The notes under the pieces are model-generated. The model searched no databases and was not told the DNA's origin. It saw only the letters and a program-made list of their open reading frames with translations. The position numbers were made by a program, and so were the translations under genes. From the IMG/VR virus record IMGVR_UViG_3300032212_000017, positions 1 to 49,843 of that record: a stretch of DNA of 49,843 nucleotides; one strand, 5' to 3'. Each line of letters opens with the position of its first letter. Position 1 is the first letter of the stretch. Source of the stretch: a virus (Duplodnaviria > Caudoviricetes). This document shows, one piece after another, positions 9,287 to 18,593 of the stretch.

Positions 9287-9483
9287 TTAGTTTCCTCTTG
9301 GTTTGTTGTCTCGTTTAGTAATTCTTGTCTGTGGTCGCCTTCGCTTAGCAGCTCGGCTCGAATAGTTTGTAAACTGTTGATTACGAAGTCTAGTTGTTCC
9401 ATATCATCTACCTCTAAAGTAGAGGTAGTTGTCTCACTATATTCTATTCTATTAGCACCTGTCAATACTGTGTAGTCCATCAA
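9283..9483 (-). CDS. Hypothetical protein
   Basis: 66-aa ORF with GAGG RBS. Confidence 0.55.
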   Translation of the reverse strand: MMDYTVLTGANRIEYSETTTSTLEVDDMEQLDFVINSLQTIRAELLSEGDHRQELLNETTNQEETK

Positions 9484-9529
9484 TCACCTCTCTTTAACTA
9501 TTTGACCAACTTTGTTCTGATAAGTTCAA

Positions 9530-10660
9530 TCAGTGACACTCCAACCAGCTGTTCCCAGTAGACCACTCGCCATCTAAAGGTACGTTCATCTTAAAATACT
9601 CTCCTGCTCTAATAATACTTTTGACACCGAGTTCTCCAATAAGTTCCGCATCTTTTTCAAAACATTGAAATAAGGCTTCGTCATGGTATGCCACTACTCT
9701 TTGTGCGGGTATTCCACGCTGTTTAATCCACTTATCCATGAACACTAAACTGAGGTTCATAATCTTCTGTCCTGCTGATTGACACTTAGCATTAAAAACA
9801 GAGTGCTTGGCTCTAGTGACGATCTTAGAACCATCTATTGTACAGATGTATTTCTTTTGGTTCTTCTCGAACTCCTGTTCTGTTTCTTCTATAGCTGAAC
9901 GTAAAGCCCAGTTCTGTTCCCAGTACGCATTCCACCACACCTCTGCCTGTTTTAACGGTACGCCTAAAGTACGTGCTAGTGTTGGTGGTTGGCAGTTGTA
10001 CTGCAAAGCAAAGGTTCCAGGCTTTATATCCTGTCGCTCATCTTTCTGCACATCCTGCATAGCTTTACCTAACCATACACTTGCGTTCTCTGTGTGCTCA
10101 TCCCAATCAGGATCGAGGAGTTTATCAGCGTATTCTCCGTTATCGAACGGGTACGTGTAATGTCCCTTCACCCTAGCCTCTAAAGAACTCGCATCATAAC
10201 CTACTAATACCTTACCTTCAGGTGCTTGGAACAGTGATCTGAACTCAGCCCCGAGTAAAGAAGTGCTTCGAGGGATATTAGCCACAGTCCTGTGCTTCTC
10301 TCTGTGAGTATTAGTCAATCCTGAGCTGGCAGCTGGTAATCTACCATCTAAAGCAAGGCGCGGATGATTCAGCCAACCAGTACCTTTATCTTCATTCAAT
10401 AAAACAGAGCGTCTGTTGCGTAGAGATAACCAAATAATAATCGGTTTAACTAATTGAACTTTATCACCTAACCGTTCTAAGTTAAGGCAGATTTGGCCGT
10501 TCTCATGGAATTTAGGACTGGTCTTAACTAGCTGTCCACGATCATCTCTAACAGGCTTCCCGTTCTTTTTCTGTACGTTCCAGTACAGCGGCTTCCACGA
10601 AATAACTTCTTTATCAGGTATTTTGACTTTGATATCATTTTTCATTCCATACCAAGGCAT
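9530..10660 (-). CDS. Family A DNA polymerase, C-terminal polymerase fragment (part 3)
   Basis: Motif A GYDASSLEAR, motif B RQDIKPGTFALQY, motif C YHDE, and ANIPR. It has its own GGAGG RBS. Confidence 0.92.
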   Translation of the reverse strand: MPWYGMKNDIKVKIPDKEVISWKPLYWNVQKKNGKPVRDDRGQLVKTSPKFHENGQICLNLERLGDKVQLVKPIIIWLSLRNRRSVLLNEDKGTGWLNHPRLALDGRLPAASSGLTNTHREKHRTVANIPRSTSLLGAEFRSLFQAPEGKVLVGYDASSLEARVKGHYTYPFDNGEYADKLLDPDWDEHTENASVWLGKAMQDVQKDERQDIKPGTFALQYNCQPPTLARTLGVPLKQAEVWWNAYWEQNWALRSAIEETEQEFEKNQKKYICTIDGSKIVTRAKHSVFNAKCQSAGQKIMNLSLVFMDKWIKQRGIPAQRVVAYHDEALFQCFEKDAELIGELGVKSIIRAGEYFKMNVPLDGEWSTGNSWLECH

Positions 10661-11213
10661 AACTCTCCTCCATATATTTTAAAACTTGTTTTATCTCATC
10701 TATGGTTGCATTATTTTTGATCGCGTTTGCTCTGTGGCTGATAATCCTAACGTTTCCTTTGACATAACCCAAGCTTGGGATTATGCGATCTAGGCTCGGC
10801 GAATCATCTGTTCTTTGTCCGTCTCCTTGTTTTAGCTTAACGCCAAATACCGGGCAAAACGTAGGCATACATAGATCATCTACAGTTAAATCAAACACAA
10901 CCCCTTTCTTTTTAGCCCTTTTTCTAGCGTCGTATAACATGTACTGGAGTGGGTTATTTTTTCGCCTTATCTTGGTCAATTCTCTGTCTCTTTCCTTTAC
11001 TTTTTCTAACCCATATTTCTGTACTCTTCTTGCTCTTGCTTTTTTATTTTCTTCTGTGCTTGGCTTAAAATAATCAGGGTCTTCTTTCCGCTTCTGCTCC
11101 GCCCACCTCCTCATATACTCTTTGCGTTCTGGGGTACGATTTCTTTCCCTTTGGTATTTCCTCCTAGCTGCTATCTTCTCTTCCTCAGTTTTATATTTCT
11201 TATGTGCTGGCAT
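10635..11213 (-). CDS. Free-standing HNH-type homing endonuclease inserted in the DNA polymerase gene
   Basis: Basic N-terminus, then CPVFG...SPSLDRIIPSLGYVKGNVRIISHRAN. The ATG at 11213 overlaps the stop of pol part 2. Confidence 0.88.
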   Translation of the reverse strand: MPAHKKYKTEEEKIAARRKYQRERNRTPERKEYMRRWAEQKRKEDPDYFKPSTEENKKARARRVQKYGLEKVKERDRELTKIRRKNNPLQYMLYDARKRAKKKGVVFDLTVDDLCMPTFCPVFGVKLKQGDGQRTDDSPSLDRIIPSLGYVKGNVRIISHRANAIKNNATIDEIKQVLKYMEESYALVWNEK

Positions 11214-11683
11214 TATTTGTCCTCCCAAAATACTTCTTCATATTGACCTATATACTCGTCTTTAACAGACCCTTTCAACAGCCACTCTTTTATTTGTTTC
11301 TGGTCCTTTAATTCCATCGGTAATGAATCAATGATAGGTTCGTGGAATGGGAGTTCAACTTTTATTCCATTCTTAATACCATAATATGAATCCCAATCTT
11401 CTTGGGCTATTTCATCAAACCATTTCTCACAAGCAGCACTCGGCTCCCCATTCTTCTTGAATTGAAGCTTAGGTGGAGTCCATAAATTCAGTTCACCCTT
11501 TTTAAGCGGCCTACTCGGTAGTTTAGGCTCAACCTCCTGTCTGATACGCTCCATCTCTGCATCGATATGAATAACCAGCTTTTTAGCGGCTTCTTGATCG
11601 AAACAGACACCGGCTCTTTCCTGACGGCACATAAGGTCGTAGGTTTTCTGCGCCAGCTTTACGTGGAAGGGTAGGTTAATCAT
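11213..11683 (-). CDS. Family A DNA polymerase, middle fragment (part 2, thumb region)
   Basis: RQERAGVCFD, PKLQFKKNG and QIKEWLL, typical of the segment that follows the exo domain in T7/LUZ24-like PolA. Confidence 0.8.
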   Translation of the reverse strand: MINLPFHVKLAQKTYDLMCRQERAGVCFDQEAAKKLVIHIDAEMERIRQEVEPKLPSRPLKKGELNLWTPPKLQFKKNGEPSAACEKWFDEIAQEDWDSYYGIKNGIKVELPFHEPIIDSLPMELKDQKQIKEWLLKGSVKDEYIGQYEEVFWEDK

Positions 11684-12003
11684 AGACTAACATCTATATC
11701 TGCATCAGGATGCTCTTTACAGGCCTGTAATACATCAGCCAACCAATTGAAAAAATCATCAAATGTTCCCCATCCATTTTCTGCACTGTATTTATCAAAT
11801 CCGACTGGATCGCTTGTTAGGATTCTCAAGCCAGCCTCTAAGAACGGTATGATATCCTTTGCCTTGTGCGCCCCTATAATTTCAGGGTGCCATAGGGGGT
11901 AATACACTCCTGTTTGCACGGCCATTTCTATTAGGTTGTGAGTAATGTTACTATCGAACACGCCTACACATCTCTCTTCTACTAGACTAAAATCTAAGCT
12001 CAT
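11680..12003 (-). CDS. Conserved phage hypothetical protein (NITHNL...NGWG) lying between pol parts 1 and 2
   Basis: Recognisable small phage protein motifs; unrelated to polymerase. Confidence 0.75.
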   Translation of the reverse strand: MSLDFSLVEERCVGVFDSNITHNLIEMAVQTGVYYPLWHPEIIGAHKAKDIIPFLEAGLRILTSDPVGFDKYSAENGWGTFDDFFNWLADVLQACKEHPDADIDVSL

Positions 12004-12494
12004 ACCTCAATCTCCAACTTCCCACACAGGTACTCAAATACCTGCTCTGTTAAGACAACATCTGCCTCGCATCGTTCAACGTAAACTTCTATCGGCTCAT
12101 CCTTCCAGCTTTCAACAACAGGCTTCACACCATTCAGACGCTCTGCGTAAGCGGCTAATGAATGCCCTCCTGGAAGATCAGGGAACCAGCTTCTTGACAT
12201 GGCTAAAGTATCAATTAACTGCACGTTCTTCGCCGTCCCGTCCATTAAAGTGATTGAATCCGGTAAAACGGAGTACCCTTTGATAACCTGCATCTTAATA
12301 AGGGCTTCGAAATCATAACCGAATCCGTTATGTGTAACTACGGTATCTTGATCTTGTAGTACCTCTTCAAAGAAGTACGTGCAACTACCTGTGTGTGTAT
12401 GTGCTTGTCGATCAGTACCTTTAAAACTCCAACAATGAATTTTAGTCAACTCATCTAGAAGTCCATCAAATTCCCCGTCACAAAAGTAGATCAT
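12000..12494 (-). CDS. DNA polymerase 3'-5' exonuclease domain (part 1)
   Basis: ExoI CDGEFDGL, ExoII HNGFGYD, DTL..S, GHSL, ExoIII RCEADV. Confidence 0.88.
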   Translation of the reverse strand: MIYFCDGEFDGLLDELTKIHCWSFKGTDRQAHTHTGSCTYFFEEVLQDQDTVVTHNGFGYDFEALIKMQVIKGYSVLPDSITLMDGTAKNVQLIDTLAMSRSWFPDLPGGHSLAAYAERLNGVKPVVESWKDEPIEVYVERCEADVVLTEQVFEYLCGKLEIEV

Positions 12495-12700
12495 ACTTTA
12501 TACTTCACAATAAAGTTACCCATACCTATTTCCTTTAGTTCATGGTACAGTTCAACACACAAATCTTTATCTTCATCGGTTGCATCGTACAGGTCATCAC
12601 CGTACCGTAAATCCTCCGAAGAATAACCTTTATCAAGGTACATTGCAGCTATGCCTGCTAGTTCTTTTTCATTCATCATACCTTCCCCGCTAGTCCGCAA
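12491..12700 (-). CDS. Hypothetical protein
   Basis: Acidic coupled ORF. Confidence 0.55.
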   Translation of the reverse strand: MRTSGEGMMNEKELAGIAAMYLDKGYSSEDLRYGDDLYDATDEDKDLCVELYHELKEIGMGNFIVKYKV

Positions 12701-12915
12701 TACCCGCCTGAAACCTCAGTCATCGAGCCATGTTGCCTTCTGATTTCAGGAACCCACATCATACAGTCAGAGGCTATGCAGTTCGAATTAATGGCCAAAC
12801 TTGAACCAGTATCTCCTTGTTCCTTTCCGTGCCTGTTACAACTAACCTCTCCAAGTCCAGTTCGAACCCTGGAATGTGGACACCAGCGCGTTTTAGCTTG
12901 TTCTTCAGTCATCAT
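12676..12915 (-). CDS. Conserved Cys-rich phage protein (EAKTRWCP...CIASDCMMW...GYCGLAG)
   Basis: Familiar Cys-rich small phage protein pattern. Confidence 0.7.
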   Translation of the reverse strand: MMTEEQAKTRWCPHSRVRTGLGEVSCNRHGKEQGDTGSSLAINSNCIASDCMMWVPEIRRQHGSMTEVSGGYCGLAGKV

Positions 12916-13047
12916 CGCTCCCGTACCAGCTCGATTACAACATTTAGAAGATCATCTATTTCAGATAATTCGTGTGTTGTGAGGCCACTGTTGGCAATTT
13001 CTCCGTAAGTTTCCCACGCATCCTTTACCAATTCTATACGTTCTTCA

Positions 13048-13293
13048 TTAGTCATCTTGATGTAACCTCTCTTCTAGAACCTCTAAATCACCCAGTAGGA
13101 ACTCTGCATCGTACCCGTCCACCTCAGCTGACAACAAACTTGTCTCAGCGGGGATACTCGGCTCGGCTGGTTCGATCTCAGACCCTGGAATCTCTGGTGA
13201 GGTGTCCCACTTAAGTTCTATACCATGCTCTAGCTCTATATCAAGGTCATCGATACAGACCTTCAGGGTGTATGTTTCTGTTTTTGTGGTCAT
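13048..13293 (-). CDS. Highly acidic hypothetical protein
   Basis: 81 aa, very rich in D/E. Confidence 0.6.
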   Translation of the reverse strand: MTTKTETYTLKVCIDDLDIELEHGIELKWDTSPEIPGSEIEPAEPSIPAETSLLSAEVDGYDAEFLLGDLEVLEERLHQDD

Positions 13294-13655
13294 AGCGTTT
13301 CCTCTAATAATTCAGGGTTTTCGTGTATGTTGCCGATTACTTCGTGCAAGCTTGCCGCATGATCGTAAAAAGGCAGGAAGGACGCGTCTCCGTGCTCTGC
13401 AATATGGAAGCATCCATCGCTGTATTTCACTATTCCTTGGTATCCACCCCATACAAAGTCGCCTATAATAATATCCCCCTCATAAATCTCAGCACCGTTC
13501 TTGTCTTTCAGGCCGGTGTATTGCATGATTTCGGCATCAGGTAAGTTTTGTTTGTCGCAACCTCTGTACCCTGCAATAAACATCCACCTATCATTTGTGA
13601 ACCACATTTGATTACCATCCCAAGCCCTGAACTTAATTTCTCTACCCATCAACAT
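13290..13655 (-). CDS. YopX family protein
   Basis: REIKFRAWD...MQYTGLKDKNG.EIYEGDI...EVIGNIHENPELL. Confidence 0.92.
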   Translation of the reverse strand: MLMGREIKFRAWDGNQMWFTNDRWMFIAGYRGCDKQNLPDAEIMQYTGLKDKNGAEIYEGDIIIGDFVWGGYQGIVKYSDGCFHIAEHGDASFLPFYDHAASLHEVIGNIHENPELLEETL

Positions 13656-13848
13656 TCTCCTTATCGTACATGTATTTATTAAACTCCAGGCACTCTAACT
13701 TTGTATCTGACTTCCCATCCTGCTGCTGGATACGCAGTACCTTGATTGAACACCCTGCTGCTTTGATCTCATTGAACAGCATGTTAGTCCTGATTGTACC
13801 ACATCCTGAGAGGGTTGCAAGGGCTAGTGTAAGTGTTAGTAGTTTCAT
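13642..13848 (-). CDS. Small predicted lipoprotein
   Basis: MKLLTLTLALATLSGC lipobox. Confidence 0.75.
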   Translation of the reverse strand: MKLLTLTLALATLSGCGTIRTNMLFNEIKAAGCSIKVLRIQQQDGKSDTKLECLEFNKYMYDKENVDG

Positions 13849-14046
13849 TCATTTACCACCATCTACTGTTGTCAAGTGGAACCATGTCGCATCATTACAT
13901 ATAACGTAGTTAAGCACCAAATTAATTTCATCAATACCTTTATGTTGTTCACATAAAGACAAAACTTTATTGATTTTCCAACCGGCTATATCACTGGCAC
14001 AGCCTTGTGCCATTACCACTGCTAAAAATACCATTAATAACTTCAT
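13849..14046 (-). CDS. Small predicted lipoprotein
   Basis: MKLLMVFLAVVMAQGC lipobox. Confidence 0.7.
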   Translation of the reverse strand: MKLLMVFLAVVMAQGCASDIAGWKINKVLSLCEQHKGIDEINLVLNYVICNDATWFHLTTVDGGK

Positions 14047-14519
14047 CTCACACCCCTCGCTGCTCTAGCTTTAGATAATTGCTCTCTTTTTTCGTTCCAA
14101 TGTAATTCTCTATGGCAATTAGAACATAACACAACACACTTTTCAACCTCTTCTTTCATCAGTTGTTTGTTTTTCTCAGTTAACGCTTTCATCATCATGC
14201 TTGTAATATGGAATACCTTATCTTTTACATGGTGGAAATCTAACGCAACAAAGGTTTTATCGTAACCGCAATCCCTACATTTTAATTCAACTAACGATCC
14301 TAAGTATTCAATCCACTGTACCCTGTAATGTTGGTATTGCTTTTTCTTACCTTCCGCTACTTTACCTTTGTTCTCTTCCCTGTACTTCTTATTCCGCGCA
14401 TTGATTGCTTCTTTGTTCTGTTGATAATACAACCTTCTTTGTTCATTCAGTCTATCTTTATTCTTAGCTCTCCATTTTTTATCATACTCTCTCTTTTTCT
14501 CTTTGTCTCTAGGCTTCAT
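14043..14519 (-). CDS. HNH endonuclease
   Basis: Basic helical N-terminus; CRDCG...LDFHH...KCVVLCSNCHRELH. Confidence 0.85.
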   Translation of the reverse strand: MKPRDKEKKREYDKKWRAKNKDRLNEQRRLYYQQNKEAINARNKKYREENKGKVAEGKKKQYQHYRVQWIEYLGSLVELKCRDCGYDKTFVALDFHHVKDKVFHITSMMMKALTEKNKQLMKEEVEKCVVLCSNCHRELHWNEKREQLSKARAARGVR

Positions 14520-16213
14520 ATATTAAACTCACTTTTAGGTTCAAGGTAAGAACCTGTATCTTTATCGTAAAACACATCGAACTTACCGGAATTACCAAAG
14601 CCAGAGTTCAACAGTAAATGGAATGTACTTGTATTTTTTTCGACCTCATCATCAGCGTATTGGTTCCGTATAATACCTAACATCAGCTTAGTTTTCTCAG
14701 CCATTGCTCTTGATCCTCTGAACTGAGCGACCTTGATGTTTGCCCCTTCTTCGTGACTCTTTCCTTGAGGTGGTTCTTTCAAGTGAGCGAAGCAGTAATA
14801 AAAGAAACCAAGGTCTTGTGCCATACCCTGGATTTCATTGCTGAATCGTCGTAACTCTTTCTCTGTCTCAGAGGCATCTGTGCCGTCTGTGAGCTGAGTG
14901 ATAGGATCAATAAACACATCACGTACACCTAGTTCAACAACAGCGTACCGGATAGCTGGCTTTAATCTATCCCACATATTGGTCTTACCAACATCTGAAT
15001 AAGAGGCTCTGAACAGATGTATCTTGCCTTTCAGGCTCTCTACACCTGCTGTCAGTTCTTCTTGTGTGAACAGTCCTTTATCCACATGCTCAGGGTTATG
15101 GAACTGCTTATGCATGAACTTGCCAGCCACAGCCTTAACAACCTGATCAGGTGTCTGCTCGAAGTCGCAAGTGAATACTGGTAGTCCTTCTGTATTTACT
15201 ACAAAATCAATCATCTGGTTCTTGAACTCTGATTTGCCACCTTTAACAGCCGATCCTACATAAATACCTTCACCTTTGAAGTCTCTACGTCCATAGGTTA
15301 GACGGTTCAATGACTCCCAAGGCCACTTCCTGCCCCATACAGGCATCTCAATAGCTTGTTCGTACACATCATCAACGCTCAGTATACCGTCTGGTGTGGG
15401 TACTTTTGTATTAAACAGTGCGTTGATCAGCTCGGATTTCTTACCATCCACAAGCATCTGGTTAGCATCCATACCCTTACTGATTGACCACGTTTTATAT
15501 TCAGGGTGTAATGCTCTGATTTTCTCAGCTGCTTTATTCCCCGCCTCGTCATTATCAAGGCAGATATTAACCTCTTTGAACTTACTTAGAAAGTCGCTCT
15601 GATCAGAGAGTGTGGATAACTTGTCAGAACCGAGTAACGCAACACAGCTCGGATATTCTTTGTATCCTTTTCTGAGTCCGTATTCTCTAAGGGCTTGAGC
15701 GGCAGCACAGGCATCGAAAGCGCCCTCAAAGATCCAGAGCTTATGGAAGGAGGTACACTCCCGCTGTCCGAACAACTCGGTTCGTAATCCTTTTGTTGAT
15801 CCAACTCGGTACGGTGCATGTCCTTGCTCTGCTCGTTTAGACTCGTATCCGACCACCCTAGAATCAACAGTAATAGGACTATAAACGGAATGAACTTCTC
15901 TAGTTTCTTCATTGTAATCTACTACCATATTGTAATGTTCAAGGGTTTCAGCTGTCAGTCCACGTACAGGGACAGGAGCAGCTTTAAGTTTCTGTATATC
16001 TTGTACTGCTGTACTCATATCTGTACCTGTGTTTGTACCTGTTTCACCCGTTGGTTCATAATCTCCCCCTTGAATATAAGGCTTACCGGACTTGTGGTGA
16101 TGTGCTCGGTTACAGTACCACGTCTTGCCGTCCTGGAGCAAGAACAAGTGGTCTCCGTTTGTATCATGCTTTGTCTCTCTACACGCTGGACAAGCTCGAT
16201 CATTCATTCTCAT
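14516..16213 (-). CDS. T7 gp4-like DNA primase-helicase
   Basis: N-terminal CPAC Zn domain, TOPRIM EGAFDA and LDNDEAG, Walker A-like GGKSE, FIDPI, FRGSRA. Confidence 0.92.
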   Translation of the reverse strand: MRMNDRACPACRETKHDTNGDHLFLLQDGKTWYCNRAHHHKSGKPYIQGGDYEPTGETGTNTGTDMSTAVQDIQKLKAAPVPVRGLTAETLEHYNMVVDYNEETREVHSVYSPITVDSRVVGYESKRAEQGHAPYRVGSTKGLRTELFGQRECTSFHKLWIFEGAFDACAAAQALREYGLRKGYKEYPSCVALLGSDKLSTLSDQSDFLSKFKEVNICLDNDEAGNKAAEKIRALHPEYKTWSISKGMDANQMLVDGKKSELINALFNTKVPTPDGILSVDDVYEQAIEMPVWGRKWPWESLNRLTYGRRDFKGEGIYVGSAVKGGKSEFKNQMIDFVVNTEGLPVFTCDFEQTPDQVVKAVAGKFMHKQFHNPEHVDKGLFTQEELTAGVESLKGKIHLFRASYSDVGKTNMWDRLKPAIRYAVVELGVRDVFIDPITQLTDGTDASETEKELRRFSNEIQGMAQDLGFFYYCFAHLKEPPQGKSHEEGANIKVAQFRGSRAMAEKTKLMLGIIRNQYADDEVEKNTSTFHLLLNSGFGNSGKFDVFYDKDTGSYLEPKSEFNI

Positions 16214-16231
16214 CTCCTTAGTGGCATAATG

Positions 16232-16453
16232 CTAGGTGTTAGGATGTTTAGTTTCAAAGCACCGTTTACCTTTAAACCTATAATCTACATTATCAAGCTG
16301 ATTTAGGTGTAAATCCTCTTGCTCTACGGTGTCATAATCTCTTTTATTACAAACCCAGCCTTCTGGATCGTAAGTATCACCTTGAGCATACTCAAGAAAT
16401 CTACAGTTATGACAATGCTTACCATCTATGCCGTGATCCCAGTTTTCTCTCAC
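16232..16453 (-). CDS. Cys-rich hypothetical protein
   Basis: CHNC...C...C pattern. Confidence 0.6.
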   Translation of the reverse strand: MRENWDHGIDGKHCHNCRFLEYAQGDTYDPEGWVCNKRDYDTVEQEDLHLNQLDNVDYRFKGKRCFETKHPNT

Positions 16454-16484
16454 CTTCTCATCTCCTATTGATTATCGGCAGGGG

Positions 16485-16703
16485 TTAATATTCGATCACA
16501 ACCGGACAATTACCATCAATCATTACTAATTGATCGCCTTTTTCATCATGTGCTGTGAAGCATGAATAAGGGTCGCCGGTTATATATCTGGTATTTTCTT
16601 TAATGTAAGCAATAGTTTTAGTTCCAACTTTCCAGCCTACTTGGTAGGTTTCTGCGCCTTGTGCTGTAACTATGCTTATTTTATTTATCTCACTCATCAT
16701 CAC
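16485..16703 (-). CDS. Hypothetical protein
   Basis: 72-aa ORF with GAGG RBS. Confidence 0.6.
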   Translation of the reverse strand: MMMSEINKISIVTAQGAETYQVGWKVGTKTIAYIKENTRYITGDPYSCFTAHDEKGDQLVMIDGNCPVVIEY

Positions 16704-17029
16704 ACCTCGTTAGTTATGGTTGGTTGGTTTAAATCTTTGTACTTTAAGAAAGCTGACATAATGGCAATAGTTGCATCCTTAGAGTTAAATTCAGAATTAT
16801 CAAATCGGTAGAAAAATAACTCGCCTATTTTTCCAAATGACCACTCTAAATGGTTGTTATCTTCTGCATACCTACCAGCACCGTCCAAACACGCCAAAAC
16901 ATCGTCAGCATACTCAGGCATTCCGCCCCATGAGGTCAAATAACCATAATCATCTGAACCGGCTCTACATTCCCTTCCTACTGCTTTATGGAAAGCAACT
17001 GCTAATTTATGTTTATCCATCTTATCCAC
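16700..17029 (-). CDS. Hypothetical protein
   Basis: 109-aa coupled ORF. Confidence 0.6.
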   Translation of the reverse strand: MDKMDKHKLAVAFHKAVGRECRAGSDDYGYLTSWGGMPEYADDVLACLDGAGRYAEDNNHLEWSFGKIGELFFYRFDNSEFNSKDATIAIMSAFLKYKDLNQPTITNEV

Positions 17030-17053
17030 TCTCTCTATTGGTTAGCTGGCTGG

Positions 17054-17284
17054 TTAATAATTTCTTTTAATTAAATCTTCTCTACGCTCATTATCAAGAC
17101 GGCTCCAATGATCGTATTCGTGATTATGCCTATCAAGTTCTGCTTGATTCTGATTGCAACATTCTTCACAGTAGCCTTCATGTAATTGATCCGTTGGCTC
17201 TCCGCATTGTGGGCAGTTTAATTCATTCACTTGGATTCTCCCTTTGTGTGCGTTGGTTTTGTATGCGTCGAGTCCATGCCTCAT
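17054..17284 (-). CDS. Small Zn-finger protein (start probably the GTG of VNELNC)
   Basis: CPQCG...YCEEC. Confidence 0.55.
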   Translation of the reverse strand: MRHGLDAYKTNAHKGRIQVNELNCPQCGEPTDQLHEGYCEECCNQNQAELDRHNHEYDHWSRLDNERREDLIKRNY

Positions 17285-17385
17285 ATCCGCACTCTATTAC
17301 ATCTGGACAATACAAGTTATCTGGGTGCGCTAATTCGCCAGATAAAAACCGAAGCTCTTTGCCGCAATCAGGACAAACCAACTTA

Positions 17386-17868
17386 TCAGCACTCATTGTC
17401 ATGCTCCTTTAGTGCAATGGCTTTGCGCTTTCTCTGGTGACTCTTAGTTAATAAAGCATCTTCAAAGCTATAGTTAAAATTATCAATTCTGTTTTTTAGT
17501 GTTGATAGCGGGAGGTTGTATTCATCTGCCCACTGCTGCATTGTTTGAGTTTTGCCGTTATATGTAAACATTCTATTTGTTCGTTTATTGTTGCATTGTG
17601 TTTTTGTCGAAGCCCATCTGCAATTAGATGGCTCATAATCTCCATTGTTATCGATTCTATCTATAGTCATTCCTTCGGGTCTTTCACCCATGTCAGTAAA
17701 AAAACTTTCAAATGAGTTATTCCATGCGTCACAAATCTTTATGCCTCTACCGCCATAGCAATGGTATCTTTTATCGTTTGGATTGTTGCACCTATCTTTC
17801 ATGTGTGACCATGTTCTGTATTCTGCCGACCTGCACATGCCGTGTATAGGATTGCCTTTAGTGTTCAT
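17386..17868 (-). CDS. HNH-family homing endonuclease
   Basis: HGM...W..MK.RC.NPN...YGGRGI.IC..W...DMGERPEG.TIDRIDNNGDYEPSNCRWA. Confidence 0.88.
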   Translation of the reverse strand: MNTKGNPIHGMCRSAEYRTWSHMKDRCNNPNDKRYHCYGGRGIKICDAWNNSFESFFTDMGERPEGMTIDRIDNNGDYEPSNCRWASTKTQCNNKRTNRMFTYNGKTQTMQQWADEYNLPLSTLKNRIDNFNYSFEDALLTKSHQRKRKAIALKEHDNEC

Positions 17869-18199
17869 TATTCGCCCCTTCGAGCCTTATAATTGCTTCA
17901 CAGATGGCTTCTCTCAAGTCTTCACCTATTGTGTTCGACACGACCTGCATTGTATTTTCATCAAGCAATACCAATCGAGTGTAATCACCGCCCTGAGTAA
18001 TTTTATTAAGATAGCCGTCTTTAAGATACTTATCCCATAACTCCATAGCCTGCTGCCAGTTTGTTGAGGGAGTGAATACGCCATAAGTCCATGCGTCATA
18101 CGTTGGATGATGTAATATCAATTCTTTGTCATCCCTTATCCCGTATGACATAAACTTCCAACCCAAAGCTTCTGCAACTTTTTTATCTAGGTCACTCAT
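17858..18199 (-). CDS. NinX/DUF2591-like phage protein (paralog A)
   Basis: LDKKVAEALGW...FTPSTNWQQAM...AICEA; start moved to the ATG at 18199. Confidence 0.65.
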   Translation of the reverse strand: MSDLDKKVAEALGWKFMSYGIRDDKELILHHPTYDAWTYGVFTPSTNWQQAMELWDKYLKDGYLNKITQGGDYTRLVLLDENTMQVVSNTIGEDLREAICEAIIRLEGANNEH

Positions 18200-18593
18200 C
18201 ACTATCACTCCCGATAGGTTGTGGTAAGGGCATCCAGTGGGTTGCATCAGTATATGGCGCGTAGGAATTATGGTTAGTCCGTTCACAATAAAACAAATAC
18301 TCTCTTGGTTGGTGTATATTGTGGTCATCGTAATAACCTTTATGAACTGATTTGCCTCGTAGAAATAGACACTCCTGACCGCTTTCTGGTTGTTCATCCT
18401 CAACACTACGCCAGTACATATCTTTTTCCATATCTCTGGTAGCGTTGTGATGTGCTATGAGCTTGCTTAATACATCTGCTAACTCGTTAGGGTTATGTAG
18501 TCTCAATATAGAAATTAGGGATTTAATAACTTCTAACTCTTCAACGCTTATCTGCTCTGGTGTGTTAGTCATACCATTATTCACTACATTCAC
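18192..18593 (-). CDS. DUF551 domain protein
   Basis: WRSVEDEQP...THWMPLPQP. Confidence 0.8.
   Translation of the reverse strand: MNVVNNGMTNTPEQISVEELEVIKSLISILRLHNPNELADVLSKLIAHHNATRDMEKDMYWRSVEDEQPESGQECLFLRGKSVHKGYYDDHNIHQPREYLFYCERTNHNSYAPYTDATHWMPLPQPIGSDSDE

Noticed and set aside
10635-11213. Group I intron or intein in the DNA polymerase
   Set aside because: The ORFs overlap directly, there is no P7 signature, and there are no intein Cys/Ser...His-Asn ends.
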